Source of the DNA: Psammoneis japonica
Lineage: Eukaryota
Assembly (NCBI GenBank): GCA_008632985.1
Contig: QPGO01000034.1
Span: forward strand, 325,311-389,310
DNA: 64,000 nt
Direction of reading: 5' to 3'
The position numbers and the translations under genes were made by a program. Positions 25,002 to 36,800 of the stretch are shown here, one piece after another; within the stretch, counting starts at the first letter, position 1; every line of letters begins with the position of its first letter. Below the pieces are notes generated by a model, which saw nothing but the letters and a program-made list of their open reading frames with translations, was not told the origin of the DNA and ran no database searches.

Positions 25002-26184
25002 ATGAACGATCGATTGGGAGACATTCCGTCATGGGCGATAGATGAAGCGGTAGCAGAGGAAGTTCCAAAGACGGAGCCCGTTGACCCCACGGCGCAGAAA
25101 AAGGGGAAGAAGCAACAGAAGCAGCATGAAGATCCTTTCGGAGACGTCGAAATGGGGGAGCAACCGGGAGCTCAGCCCAAGTATATGGAAACCTTTTTCA
25201 GTGAAGTTGATAAAATCAAGCTGGATATTGAGACTGTAAGAGACGCTACAAACACCATTCGAGATATCAACGAAGAAGCCCTGCTTGCGACCACAACCGA
25301 CCAGGAAAACGAGCTAAGTGCTAGACTCCAGCCGCTGGTTAACGAGACCAATAAGACTGCTAAACGGACAAAGAACCTCTTATCTCTGCTCAAAGAAGAA
25401 AACGCAAAACTGAAAAAAGAAGGAGAAATTAAGCAGAGTGATTTGCGAGTACGCGAGAACCTCATCAATACACTGACTCGCAAGTTTATAGATGAAATGA
25501 AATTGTATCAAAACGCACAACAGAAATACAAACAGGATATCAAGCAGAAAGCTACACGACAAGTTAGAACGATCAAACCGGATGCTACAGATGAAGAAGT
25601 GGATGCGGTTATGCGGAGTGAGGGAGGACGAGATGCTCTGTACCGCGAATCGATTCTTGCCGGCGGGGTGGCCGATTCCATCCAGTGAGTGGCGTTTATT
25701 CAACCACTGTATTCATTTTTGCGTTGCTTGTCGTGACTGTTTTCTGGTCGTGTCGCAAACAACCTTCTAAGCTTGGTCCGCACTTGTTTTTCGTGACAGG
25801 ACTGCATACACAAAGGTGGCAGGAAAGTATCAGGATGTGTTGACGTTGGAACAGTCTGTCGCAGAGTTGCATCAAATGTTTTTGGATTTCGCACTCCTTA
25901 CTGAACAACAAGGTGAACTCCTAGATCAAATCGAATTTCAAGTTAAGAGCGCCGCAGACTATATTGAGGATGCCAACGTGGATGTCCATGAAGCTATTGA
26001 ATATCAGAAGAGTATTCGAAAGAAGCAATGGTGGGTTGGCTTTGCGTCGTGTACGTAGCTTGGTATTCACTCCCACTCTCACTCTCGTCCTATTGCACTC
26101 CTTTCTATGTGCTACAGTTGTATCATTCTTATTGTGATTGTATGTCTGATTGTTGTCCTCTTTGCGACTGGCATTTTGCCTTGA
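25002..26184 (+). CDS. Syntaxin (Qa-SNARE, syntaxin-1/SYP1-like), paralog A
   Basis: Exons 25002-25684, 25800-26030, 26118-26184. METFFSEVDKIK (Habc), LEQSVAELHQMFLDFALLTEQQGELLDQIE (SNARE), C-terminal transmembrane segment. Confidence 0.93.
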
Positions 26185-26416
26185 GCTAAGTGTCTTGCAT
26201 CAATATGCACTCTTGTTGCTCATCACAATAGACATACGGTAACATTTTTCAAATGAGTGAAAAAGGTGAAATTGAGGTAAAAGTGGACTACCGTATAGCA
26301 AACTTTGTTAATGGTTGTATGTGTACGGTCATCATTGTCGCGCGTATTACAATTCTGATAACAACATTACGTGGAGCATGTGGTTCTAGTGTGTCGTGTC
26401 CTTCAACCCTGTGCCA

Positions 26417-27508
26417 TCATCCTTTCACGTTGAAGTGGTTGACTAGCACTGGTTGTTGGCAGTGCTTGCCGTCGGGTACTGAATGTGCATTGATTAAAAC
26501 AGCTTTTTGCTGCACAAAGGAGAGTTTGTCGTGTTCATCGTTGTTGGCTTCGTTCGAGGCGAGTTCGCTGTGCCCCCAGTAATCCGCAGCATCCAAGGCG
26601 ACAAGGCAACTCTCGCGCACAACGACGTTGTCATCCGTAGAAAACTCACGAAGAATGAGTTCCACATCTTCCCACCGGCCATCAATGGCGCCAAGGGCTT
26701 CAGCCGCCTCATGACGAACCATTTCGTGTTCGTCAACTCTTCGCAGGCTCTTCTCTAGCGCTTCAACAGAGGAAGGGTGCTGCATCTGTCCAAGCACATA
26801 TGCTACCTCATGTCGTAGCAATGCAGAGCTGGTGTCTGTTGTTAGAGCCCTGCACAATTGTTGCACCGCCTCTTCGCCTCCTCGATTTCTCAACGAGAAC
26901 ATTGCACGGTATCGTTCAAAAATCGCTTTCTCATCATTGCATAAAATATCCCCAAGTTCCGAAAACGGAAGTAAGGCGTGTGACGGGTGCGGTGGTGCTG
27001 GATCAACCGAAGAGTATGGATTCAGCATGCATGCACATACCGGCGGCGCTTCTCCATCACCACCATCTTCCTTCCAGTTCATGTAGTTCAAAGCCAATCG
27101 GCATGTATCAGAAAGCTCTGGAACACCCAAGTTCGCCTCCAATACATTTGTCAGACAATCGCGAGATCGACTTGCTCCGATGGCCCCGAGAGCCTCCGCA
27201 GCCTCGTGACGGACAATGACGCAATCGCTTGAATCAGCCAGAACTCGCTCCAACGTCGGAGAGCAGCGTTCATCTCGTAACTGACCCATAACATAGGCAA
27301 ACTCGTGACGCATCAGAGATCCATGCTTACGCTCCATCAAACCCATTGACAGAGCTTTGATTACTAGTTGCTGTTTCGTCTCGTCTCCCTCACTGTCAGC
27401 GTGCGCTTGTCGAAGGAAATATGCAGCTCGCATCCGCATGCCGATGGGATTTGATGAATCAGAGACGGCTTCTTGCAACGCGTCTAAAGGAGGACTCGTA
27501 CTCCACAT
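26417..27508 (-). CDS. DOHH: Deoxyhypusine hydroxylase
   Basis: Four His-Glu HEAT motifs (RHEFAYVMGQ, RHEAAEALGAI, RHEVAYVLGQ, RHEAAEALGAI), YSSVDPAPP, RYRAMFSLRN, VVRESCLVALD. Confidence 0.95.
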   Translation of the reverse strand: MWSTSPPLDALQEAVSDSSNPIGMRMRAAYFLRQAHADSEGDETKQQLVIKALSMGLMERKHGSLMRHEFAYVMGQLRDERCSPTLERVLADSSDCVIVRHEAAEALGAIGASRSRDCLTNVLEANLGVPELSDTCRLALNYMNWKEDGGDGEAPPVCACMLNPYSSVDPAPPHPSHALLPFSELGDILCNDEKAIFERYRAMFSLRNRGGEEAVQQLCRALTTDTSSALLRHEVAYVLGQMQHPSSVEALEKSLRRVDEHEMVRHEAAEALGAIDGRWEDVELILREFSTDDNVVVRESCLVALDAADYWGHSELASNEANNDEHDKLSFVQQKAVLINAHSVPDGKHCQQPVLVNHFNVKG

Positions 27509-27973
27509 TTTCGGGCGTCACTCTTTTTGTTGTGTCTTTCTTTTCGCTGCGGTGATCTTAGTGGTATCGTTGTTGCTGCTGTGTGTGTGTTTGAGGTCAT
27601 TACAGTGCCGAATGCCGAGTGGATGACGGATGGCGGAGGCGGAGGGAGTCAGTCGCGGAAAGAATAGAAGGCGGGGGGCCGGCGGGGGTAACAATAAAAA
27701 TGAAAAACATGGATGACGTCATTAAGTACGTTGAACCATACCAGAACTTGTGGTGACCGCGCTGGCTACTTACTTATGGTGTGGTATTAGGGGCCCTAGC
27801 TACTAGCAGGGGGGATGCGTCGGTGGGAGTTGGGAGTTTCACGTGCCCTTTATTTCTCTTGCCTCGTCGACTGCGACAGTCGACAGACGAAGCCACCGGT
27901 AAAACACAAAATAAAACAGCGCCCGGCCTTCTCCTGTATTCATTCTCTAACAAGCATACAGTACCAATAAACC

Positions 27974-28408
27974 ATGTCCTCCGGTAGAGACGCCGCTGGC
28001 ATTCGCGGATTCTTCTTACGTGCTGGACACTCATTTCAAGTCGGTGGCTCCTTCGCGAAAGAAACCGGAACTTGGTTGGCACAAAAGGCTGCTCGGATTG
28101 GATTGATTGTCGCAACCACTGCCATGGTAACCATGATGCCTCTACTACTGGAGATTGTGCGAGAAGGACAGGTGAGTTACTGTGTGCCGCTTGCACTATA
28201 GCCAGTAAGCTTGAAGAGTTGCTTGGGGATTTGTTGTGCTAAATTGCATGCTGCACTCGATTTGCTTCGTTCTAATCAGATGATCGAGACAGAGAGATCC
28301 CTGGTGAAGGATTACAGGGGGAAAGGGTACGCTGATAGGCAGCTTCTGGAAATGGGTTTCAGTGAAGCCTCCGTTCACAAACCATCGACTTTGCTCAGCA
28401 AGAAGTAG
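27974..28408 (+). CDS. Mitochondrial import receptor Tom22-like (short form)
   Basis: Exons 27974-28171 and 28280-28408; transmembrane segment IGLIVATTAMVTMMPLLLEIVREGQMIE with the conserved Pro and acidic C-flank. Confidence 0.7.
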
Positions 28409-28762
28409 TGTAGTGGGCATTGCGGGGTGTTAAGAATCCAGTTACCTGAAAGTCCTTCTTGCCAGTAGGTCGATAAGAAGACGAAACTTGGTTGATAGTG
28501 CTAAGCAGGAATGCTCTCTGCGCCTTTCCCAGTGACGGCATAGTAATTAGAATCTTTGTAATAGTAGATTCTAGCTCTCCGGAAGAAAACTGCCATGAAC
28601 TCAAGATGAACTAATGCTTGTCATGTGAGTACACAATGTGAAATAGAAACTTTCACGCAAAAAGCAGGATGATTCGCCATGCATGCGACTACTACTTTAC
28701 ATTTCACATATATACTACGGAAAGGGGTACCCCGCTCTAGACCATCAACTTTTGGGCGAAGC

Positions 28763-30104
28763 TCAGTTGAACAGAATGGCAAACACGACGGCAGCGATGA
28801 CCAAAACAATAACAATGATCCAGCTGTGTTTCAACAGACAGAACAGGATGTAACGTAAACGTGTGAGTAAAATGCATTCCACCTTCTTCTTTTATATTTC
28901 AGAAGACTCAGGAAGAAGTAAGAGAGTGGCTCACCATTGCTTCTTCCGAATTTTCCGCTGGTACTCCATAGAACGCACAAGGTCCACGTTGCCGTCATCG
29001 ACTGCTTCTGATGCCTTTTGGACATGCATTTCGATATGATCCAAAAGGTCGCCTTGTCCTTCAACAAGGAGCGCCACCTCAACAAATATTTGACGGAGCT
29101 CTCCAATGCTTCGCTCCAGAGTCATTATGTCCTTGTACTTTGAGCTTACGCTCTTGTAAGCGGTGCTTTCATGGACGAGTTACAACGAAGCAGTTGATGG
29201 TGAGGAATGGGAGATCCAGATATCAGCTCAAAGACAAAGTGACTCACTTGATTGGATCAGCGACACTGCCAGCTAAGATCGACTCCTTGTAAAGCGCGTC
29301 CCGCCCTCCATCGCTATGTATCACTGCATTGATGTCGGCGTCAGTCACGTCTGGCATGATAGCCTGTATTTGACGAGCGGCTTTTGACTTCATATCCACT
29401 TGATACATCTGCTGAGTCTTTTGATAAAGCTTCACTTCTTCGACAAACTTGCGGGTCAATGTATTGACAAGGTTCTCGCGAACACTACCGTGTGCCAATG
29501 AAGAGTAAGTGATGAATCAAAATCGTGAGTTTCTCGGTGGGAAAAGCGCTGCTGTACGGGGAAGGATTCTGCACATAAACTCTCACCGGATATTGCTCTG
29601 ACTCAGCTTGACTTCATGCTTCAACGTGGTTGTTTCTTCCTTCAGATGAGTTAAAATCTTCTTTGTGCGCTTTGCCATCGTGTTAGCTTTGCTAACTGTA
29701 GCTTCGAGACTTGTGCTGAGATTGTTTTCCTTTTCCGCTTTGCTTGCATTTATAGCTTCTTCGCTTATTTCACCTATACGATTGGATGCCTCTCTGATGG
29801 AATCAATGTTTTTCTTGATGATCTCAACGTCGCTGAAAAAGATCTTCATGTGCTGTTGGTCTGAGGTGCAACTAGTTTCATGCAGAGTCCCGAGTTCAAC
29901 GTCCCCGCAATCTTGCGATTTTTCTTGGGTCGTCTTCTTCTCACTTTCTTCTTCTTGACTTTCGCTTTTTCTATTGAAGAGGGGTTTCCACTGTTTATTT
30001 GGTTTCTTTGGCGGTGCCAACTTCTCTTGCATCTCTGAGGCACTATCCCGTCGCTCGTCGCTCCGCTCCTCGATGGAGTGAACATCAGCCAGCCGATCGT
30101 TCAT
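28763..30104 (-). CDS. Syntaxin (Qa-SNARE), paralog B
   Basis: Exons 30104-29587, 29484-29248, 29165-28935, 28823-28763. MNDRL start, VRENLVNTLTRKF, SNARE motif and transmembrane segment clearly homologous to paralog A. Confidence 0.9.
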
Positions 30105-30553
30105 TTTGACTTGTAATAGTCGATTTTATAGATAAGCGAAAAGTTTGTTGCTTTGCAAAATAGACGAGAGAATTCAAAAGCGCGAAATGAAATCAAGAAG
30201 TCTACCTCGCGTTTTGATTTGGTTTCAAAATGTGAGCATGACGAGAAACGAGAAAGCAAAAACGCAAATCCCCACCTGCACGAAGTCCCCCATGTCCGCG
30301 CGCCGGGTGCACCCTGCCCGACCACCCCACAAGCCGCTCCCAACTGTCTGACGGAATCTTTCTCCTGCCTTTTTTGTCGGTTGCTCTCTTTTTTACCTAT
30401 GTATGAGAGATATAAACATATATGTCGTGCCGGCGCGCGCAAGCTACAGCACATCAACTGTACAACATACAGTAGTGCTGTAGGTACAGTTAATGCCGTG
30501 CTGTACAGTACGTAGCCCCTAATGCTGTATGTGTCGCATGGGGCGAAGTGGTT

Positions 30554-31080
30554 TGCACCACCCGTCTCGCCAGTTCTCCTGCGGCCCTCTCTAGTTGCAG
30601 CATCTAGAGAGTCGCCGAAAAATTTTTAATGTGGTGGACTGGAATGGCTTCACTGGCAGATGCACAAGCCTCATTCCCACAAACCCAAGCTGGAGCGGCA
30701 GGGCCAGAGAGTGGAAGAGGTGGTGGGAGCGCGTCAAAGCCATCTGAGACGGCCTGCTGCTGCTCTTGGTTTGCTCTTCGGAAGAATGAGAAGAGCAAGT
30801 TGCTTTTCAAGAGAAAAATGGCCATTGCTCTCATTGCTCGCGCGCACGCATTCAAATTCAAAAAGGCCACAAATGACCCAATGGTCAGAAGGGGTCATTG
30901 CCTCGTCGAACTCCACGAGGTTGGTGGCTTGCACCACCCGTCTCGTTGGTTCTCCTGCGGCCCTCTAGCTGCAGCAACTGAAGCTGCAAAAAACATTCAA
31001 TGTGGTGGACTGGAATGGCTTTGCTGGTGGATGCACAAGCCTCATTCCCAAAAACCCAAGCTGGAGCGGCAGGGCCTTCC
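30554..31080. repeat. Dispersed repeat family in A-B-A arrangement, with further copies at about 50855-51052 (direct, B) and 52268-52470 (inverted, A + start of B)
   Basis: Shared strings ggactggaatggct...gatgcacaagcctcattccca...aacccaagctgga (A) and gaagaatgagaagagcaagttg...gaactccacgaggttggtgg (B). Confidence 0.85.
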
Positions 31081-31523
31081 AGCTCCAACCATCGTGCCGC
31101 GCACTTGAGGGCACGCACCTTTGGGAGGCCAGGGCGGGTGGGCCCGGCTGGAAGGCTGGGAGATCAGGCATCTGGCAGTTGTTGAGGATTCTGAGGAACA
31201 TTGGCATTTGGGTGGAGTGCGAAGTCTCCGCTGGCAAGCACGTCACGAGCGAAGTTGTGCATGACAGGTTCGGCCTGTGAATGAAGACAGCGCAACATTT
31301 CGTCTGATCTCCACAGGCCTGAGAGCCAGATTGGGTTGGTGTCAACGCAGGCACAAAGGAGGGCCATTGCGCCGGCAGCATGGAGACACCAAGCAGTGAT
31401 GTCTCTTGTGTTGAAACCAAAAGTGGCAGGGCCAAGAGCAGTGACAGCAGCGCGGAGCATGCTGGTGACATCGGCAGGGGACACTCATCACCAGGAGTTG
31501 TTTTTGAAGTGAGCACCCAGGGG

Positions 31524-33011
31524 CAGGGACATGAACATCCAGTCAGACGGGATGTGACACGCCCACGTGGCGGCTGCAGGGATCTTGTGCCCTTTGCGTT
31601 GATTTTGAGGTTCGTCCAATGCACACACACACACACAAAAATCAAATGTTAAAAATTGACACAGGCAATCCCTTTGACAGGCCAAAAGTGAGGGAAAACA
31701 AAAAATCAAACACCACGCAAATGTCACAGTGCATGCTGGGTTGGGGCTGCCAAATGTTCAGCCAAAAGTGCTCCAGCACCAGCAGTTGATTCCAAGAAGC
31801 CGCGGGATGACAAAGACAAAGGTGATGAGAAAGGTGCGCCCAACCCAGTGTGGAGCTGCACAGCTCGTGAGTGCAAAGCAGCTCAAAACAACCTCTGGTG
31901 CAGCAAGAAGGACAAGAAATGGCAGAGCCCACAACACCGGAATTACACTTTGTTCTTTTTCCTGCACAAGAGCGCACTTGAATCTTCACAATGGACCCAA
32001 GTTCATGCTGGCACTGCACTCCAATCAGTCTGACATCGAGGTCTCTTCTCCAGCATTCGTGGGTTTTGGCTCCACATTTGGAAAGATGCAACTGCACGGA
32101 AGATCGCTTCTTCAACAAAGGGTGACTCACTTTGGTGAAGAAATGGAATTAAAATTTGGAATTGCATTGGATGGGTTGCTGCAACAAAGAGATGCCAGGT
32201 GCGAAACATGCAAAGAACCTTGCCAATCTAAGTGCCGGTCGACGGAAACTGCCACTCGCCACAGACGCGGGAAACCAAGCCTGAGGAGAAGAAACAGAAC
32301 CAAAAAATTAGAAATGCACTGCATGGGGTGTGGCAACAAATGAAAGAGACACCAGAGATGCACCCTCTCACTTTGGTGCCGGTGCATGTCATGTGTGCCA
32401 CTCCTGCGATGGATGCTGAAAGTCGCTCGGATGGCTTTTTCACAACGCGGCATTTCTGAAGGAACCGAATTGCATTGTCAATTTAGTTGCTTTCACATGA
32501 GTTTCTTGCGCATGAGTTTCAATGAGCCACTGAAAAGAGAAAAAGGAAGACGATTGCAATGAGGGGCACGGCAAAATTTGACGCATCCAATGCAATGAAA
32601 TGCAGCAACACGACGAGAGGCGTTCGGCAAATGCTCACACACCACAAGAAGCAACAGATTGGAGCAGCAAGAGGAGCACAATTGCATTTTCAAAATGCAT
32701 TCACTCACAACAAGCCAATGGAGAAGTGAGTGCATCCGCACATGACCACGAGGGAGAGCAACAGTGGAATCACAAAGGAGAAAACAGCGGAACGAAGGCA
32801 TGTGGCATCATGTCGGTGTGAGGTGTGAGGTGTGCGTGTGCGTTTCAGTTTCCCTCACTTTTGGCCCATCAAAGGGATTGCCCGTGTCAATTTTTGACAT
32901 TGCATGTTTGTTCGTCTGCTGACATGTTGATGAACCTTAAAATCAACGCGAAGGGCCCATTTTTTTTGTGCCGCGTGTCACATCCCGTCTGACTGGACAT
33001 TTGTGTCCCTG
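31524..33011. mobile_element. TIR DNA transposon, about 1.5 kb and probably non-autonomous, with an 8-bp TSD (hAT-like termini)
   Basis: Imperfect TIRs of about 170 bp beginning CAGGGAC and ending GTCCCTG; identical flanks CCCAGGGG at 31516-31523 and 33012-33019. Removing it restores the YR frame (..SLDTPLGAHFKNN..). Confidence 0.9.
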
Positions 33012-33552
33012 CCCAGGGGAGTGTCAAGCGATGCACCATGAGTGCGCAAGTGTTTCACATGTCAGATGAGGGCTTGTGCAGGGCACAGGTTGGGGTGTCC
33101 TGACAAGCCAAGGCCTGATGCTTTGCCAGGGACTCCATTTTTTTTTTAGTGGTGAAGGTGAGGGTGGCAAAGTTTGCGGCATCAAGTTGCGCATGAGTGG
33201 CTTGAAACGTGTCAAGGTGCGCACCCCCTGAGGACAAGCATGTGCCGGCCAGCCAAAAGGGGGTTGCATTGGATGGCGCAGCCACATGTTCTCCCGGGCA
33301 AAGTGAGAAAAAGAAGGTGATGGCTGTCCTCATGTTGATGATGGCTTGCATGCCAGGATTGTTGCTGATGGCAGCGGCGCGCATGATCCACAGGAGGACC
33401 GCTGCTGGCACTGGTTTGACACAGTCAGGAGGTGGATCCTGCTTCTTGCAGTGACAGATTTGGTGGGCAAGGTGGAAATCCATGCCACCTTGGGATGTGT
33501 GGCGGGGATCCGGGGCCCCCATTGCAGCAAACGTTTGCCCAACCAAGTGCAC

Positions 33553-33828
33553 TGATGGAAATTGAAGGCAAATGGCAAGAATTCAAACAACAACTCCTTG
33601 CTGCTGTCTAAACAGCAGATGAGTCTCCGCTCAGAGACCGTCACAGGAGCCGAAAGACGTGTAAGTCGGTGTGATCGGGCCACTGTTGTTGTTCTTGTGA
33701 GCCTTGTGGCTCGAAAGCAAACTACATCGCGCGTGAACGCGCGGAACTAAAGCACACAAAACTGTGCGCGGAAAACTAAACAGCGCGCGATGCTTCGCGC
33801 GCATCCAAATCCTGTTCAAATCCTGTCA
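33553..33828 (-). repeat. 3' LTR of the Copia element
   Basis: Direct repeat of 40388-40663, same length, 14 nt mismatches by manual alignment. Confidence 0.95.
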
Positions 33829-36800
33829 CTCCCCAGTTTGCTTGAGGAGCCACAGAAACAGATTCGACTTCGGATGGAATGAAGTTCCAGAACATGAGGG
33901 GTCGGAGAAGGTCCCAGATTGGGGAGCAACCCCAATGCTTGCTGAGAATGTCAGCAGGGTTGCGGGAGCCTTCGATGAAGTGGAGCTCAAGGCAACCAGA
34001 GGCAATTGCCTCACGCACACGGTGGAACGATAGTGCGGTGTGTTGCTTGTGTAACTTGGAGTGCGGGATGGTGGCACTGTCTACAACCGACTTGTTGTCA
34101 CCGAACATGTAACTGACATTGCGGATCGGGACGCCAAGGCAGCGCAGGGTGATGCGCAGGTCGACAATCTGCTCAACACAATTCCTTGCAGCAACAAATT
34201 CAGATCCGCAGGTTGCAGTCTCCACGGTGGCTTGTTTCTTGGAGAACCAATCAGCCGGGAATTTGTTGAGGAAGTGGAGCATTCCCATGACAGAGCGCCC
34301 GGTGAGCATGCAATGGTGCAAGTTTGCATCGACGCAGTGGGTGGCAGTGACGAACTTGCCAAGGGGCGGTGGAGCGTCCTTCGGGATCATCTCTTCTGCT
34401 TCACCGTACACGGAATGCATCCATTCGTAGGCCGGAGCAGGGAGATCCGAATGGTCGGGCTCTTCCGTGCGAACGCGGAGAGCACCATGTCGCATCTTGG
34501 AGAGGCACCCACAGACGCGTTTGGCACGATCCAAGTGGCCTTGACGGGGCGCAGCTCGGAAGCTAGAGAGTGACATGACGGCCGTGGTGATGTCAATTCG
34601 ACCAAGGGACACTGCCCATTGGAGTGAACCAACAAGAGACTGGAACTTGTGAATGCCATCGGGTCCCAGCAGTTCGGAAGTGTCCAGTTCGGGGTGGTCA
34701 CCCTTCTCTAGAGGTGACAGGGCGTTGGTGGCAGGTTTCTCCCCAAACAGTCGGGCGTAGCTGTCGACCATGCGCTCGATGTACTTGCGCGGAGACAGGC
34801 ACAAGGTTCCGTCGGGGTCCCGGGAAAAGTCGCAACCCAGATGGAACTCAATGGGTCCCGCACCCTTGAGCTTGAACTTGTGCTTTTCCGTGAGAGTGTC
34901 GACGAAAGATTGAGGGTCCTTCATGGCAATGGCGAGGTCATCCACATAAACGGCAATGTGTTCACAGTGGTCGCCGTTCCTGCGCATCCAAATGTCGGGT
35001 TCGGCGCGGCAGGGGAAGAAGCCTTCAGCTCGCAGGCAGTCGGCAAAGCACTCGTGCCAGCGGAGACCGGAGCTGCGGAGTCCATACAGTGCCTTGTGGA
35101 TGACAAGGATGTGTCCTTTGAGTTTGCCAAATTCGGGTCCAGCTACAATGTAAAGCTTCTCCTTGGTGGTGGCTTCAAGGCAGGCATTGCCAATGTCGGT
35201 GGCCCATGTCTCCAGCTTGTTGAGTTCGGCCAGGAAAATCATCAGCCGAAGGCCACGAAGGGAGACTGCTCCGGAGTAGACACTGTCGACAGGTACGTCC
35301 GTGAGGTGCCCGTCGGCTACGAGTCGTGCCTTGTGGCGACCGTCGTGTTTCACGTCGCACACCAGGTGCACTCGGATCTTCTTGTGTCCCGCAGGAGGAG
35401 TGGAAGACTTGAAGGGCCCGCAGTCATGGAAGACTTCGTATTCGTCGAGTTGGTCCATCTCGAGATTAGTTGCGTCTCCCCACTTGCGGTTGCCGTTGCG
35501 TTCGTCTGGTGACATGGCGTGTTTGTAGTTCCGGGGAACTTCGTATCCGCACTTGTGGCGAGGTGCAGTGCGGAAGGAGCAAAGCTTGGCTTGGTTGGCC
35601 ATGCGAAATAGCTTCTTTTGGCGCCTCGCGATGGTGCGGAACCGCTTCCATCCATCCGTGTCGAGGAGTCCGTTCTCTCGTGCATAGATGGCACAGGTGA
35701 CGGGGTCGTCCTTGGCGATGATGGCAAGAGGCTCGGACGTGATCTCCCCACTTTCCCATTCAAGCATGATGTTGTAGCTTGAGCCTTTCCAGGTTGGGTC
35801 GTGAGGCTTCAGAGGGCCTTCGTGTGACACGATGCGTCGAAATTTCCAAATGGTGGTGTCTTCGTCTTCTTGCTCAATGTGATTCATGATGTCATTGTGG
35901 GCAAGGACTTCCTCGCATTCGTCATTGTTGACAGAGCAGACGAACTTGGTGAGCTCGGGATTGCCGTTCACTTTCCATTCGTGGTCTTCGACGGCCTTGA
36001 CGATGCGAGCTCTGTGGCGTTGTCCGTCCTCTTGTGGCTGCATGAGGAAGGTACGTCCAATGATGTCTTGCAGATCGAAAACTGGCATCTTGGGTGTCCT
36101 GATCTCCCCATCAGGAGAATCGACGGGGTTGTCGTCATGGCGAGATTTGATGATGGGTTCAGGTGGCTCCCCATCAGGAGGATCAAGACGCAGGTTTCGA
36201 ACGGCAGGATCGGGGGTGGCGGAGCGAACGTTGGACCGGCAGAGGATCTTCTGAGTCTCGTCAGATAGAATCTTGAAGGTCATCTGGTGGCCGACGTGCT
36301 CAGCAATGCCAACGAAGCGTCCACGCAACTCACGAGATTCGGACGGCCAATCGGAGTCATCGAGGTGGAAGTGCACTGGTTCCCACCAGTGAAAGCGAAG
36401 CAATGGGCTGATGTCCGGGGTGGATCCAGTGAGAGTCTCGAGGGGCGTGCGCCAGTGGAGACGTGGGGATGCTGCATGGTTGAGCATGAAGCACACGTGC
36501 ATGAGCGCCAGCAGCCATGTGTGGGCGGGCGAACCAAAACGGTCCATGACAGTGTTCGCCATGCGCTTCACAGTCTGGTGTCGACGCTCGGCAAAGTTTT
36601 GGTGTTGCTGGTGAGGCTCACTTTGCCAGCTGGAGATGAAGAGGGCGCGTAGGATCCCGAGCACTTTGTTGCTGATCTCAACTTGAGCACGGTCGCCAAT
36701 GAGTTTGGATGGGGCACCACGTTCACGGATCTGATCCTCGAGTGTGTTGACAAACTCTTTGTCCGTCTCAGTGCCGCAGACGTCAGTGACGGTAGACTCG

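Noticed and set aside
30554..31080. Repeat-spacer-repeat layout as a CRISPR-like array
   Set aside because: Only two long degenerate units, eukaryotic context, no cas genes; explained as transposon-end fragments.
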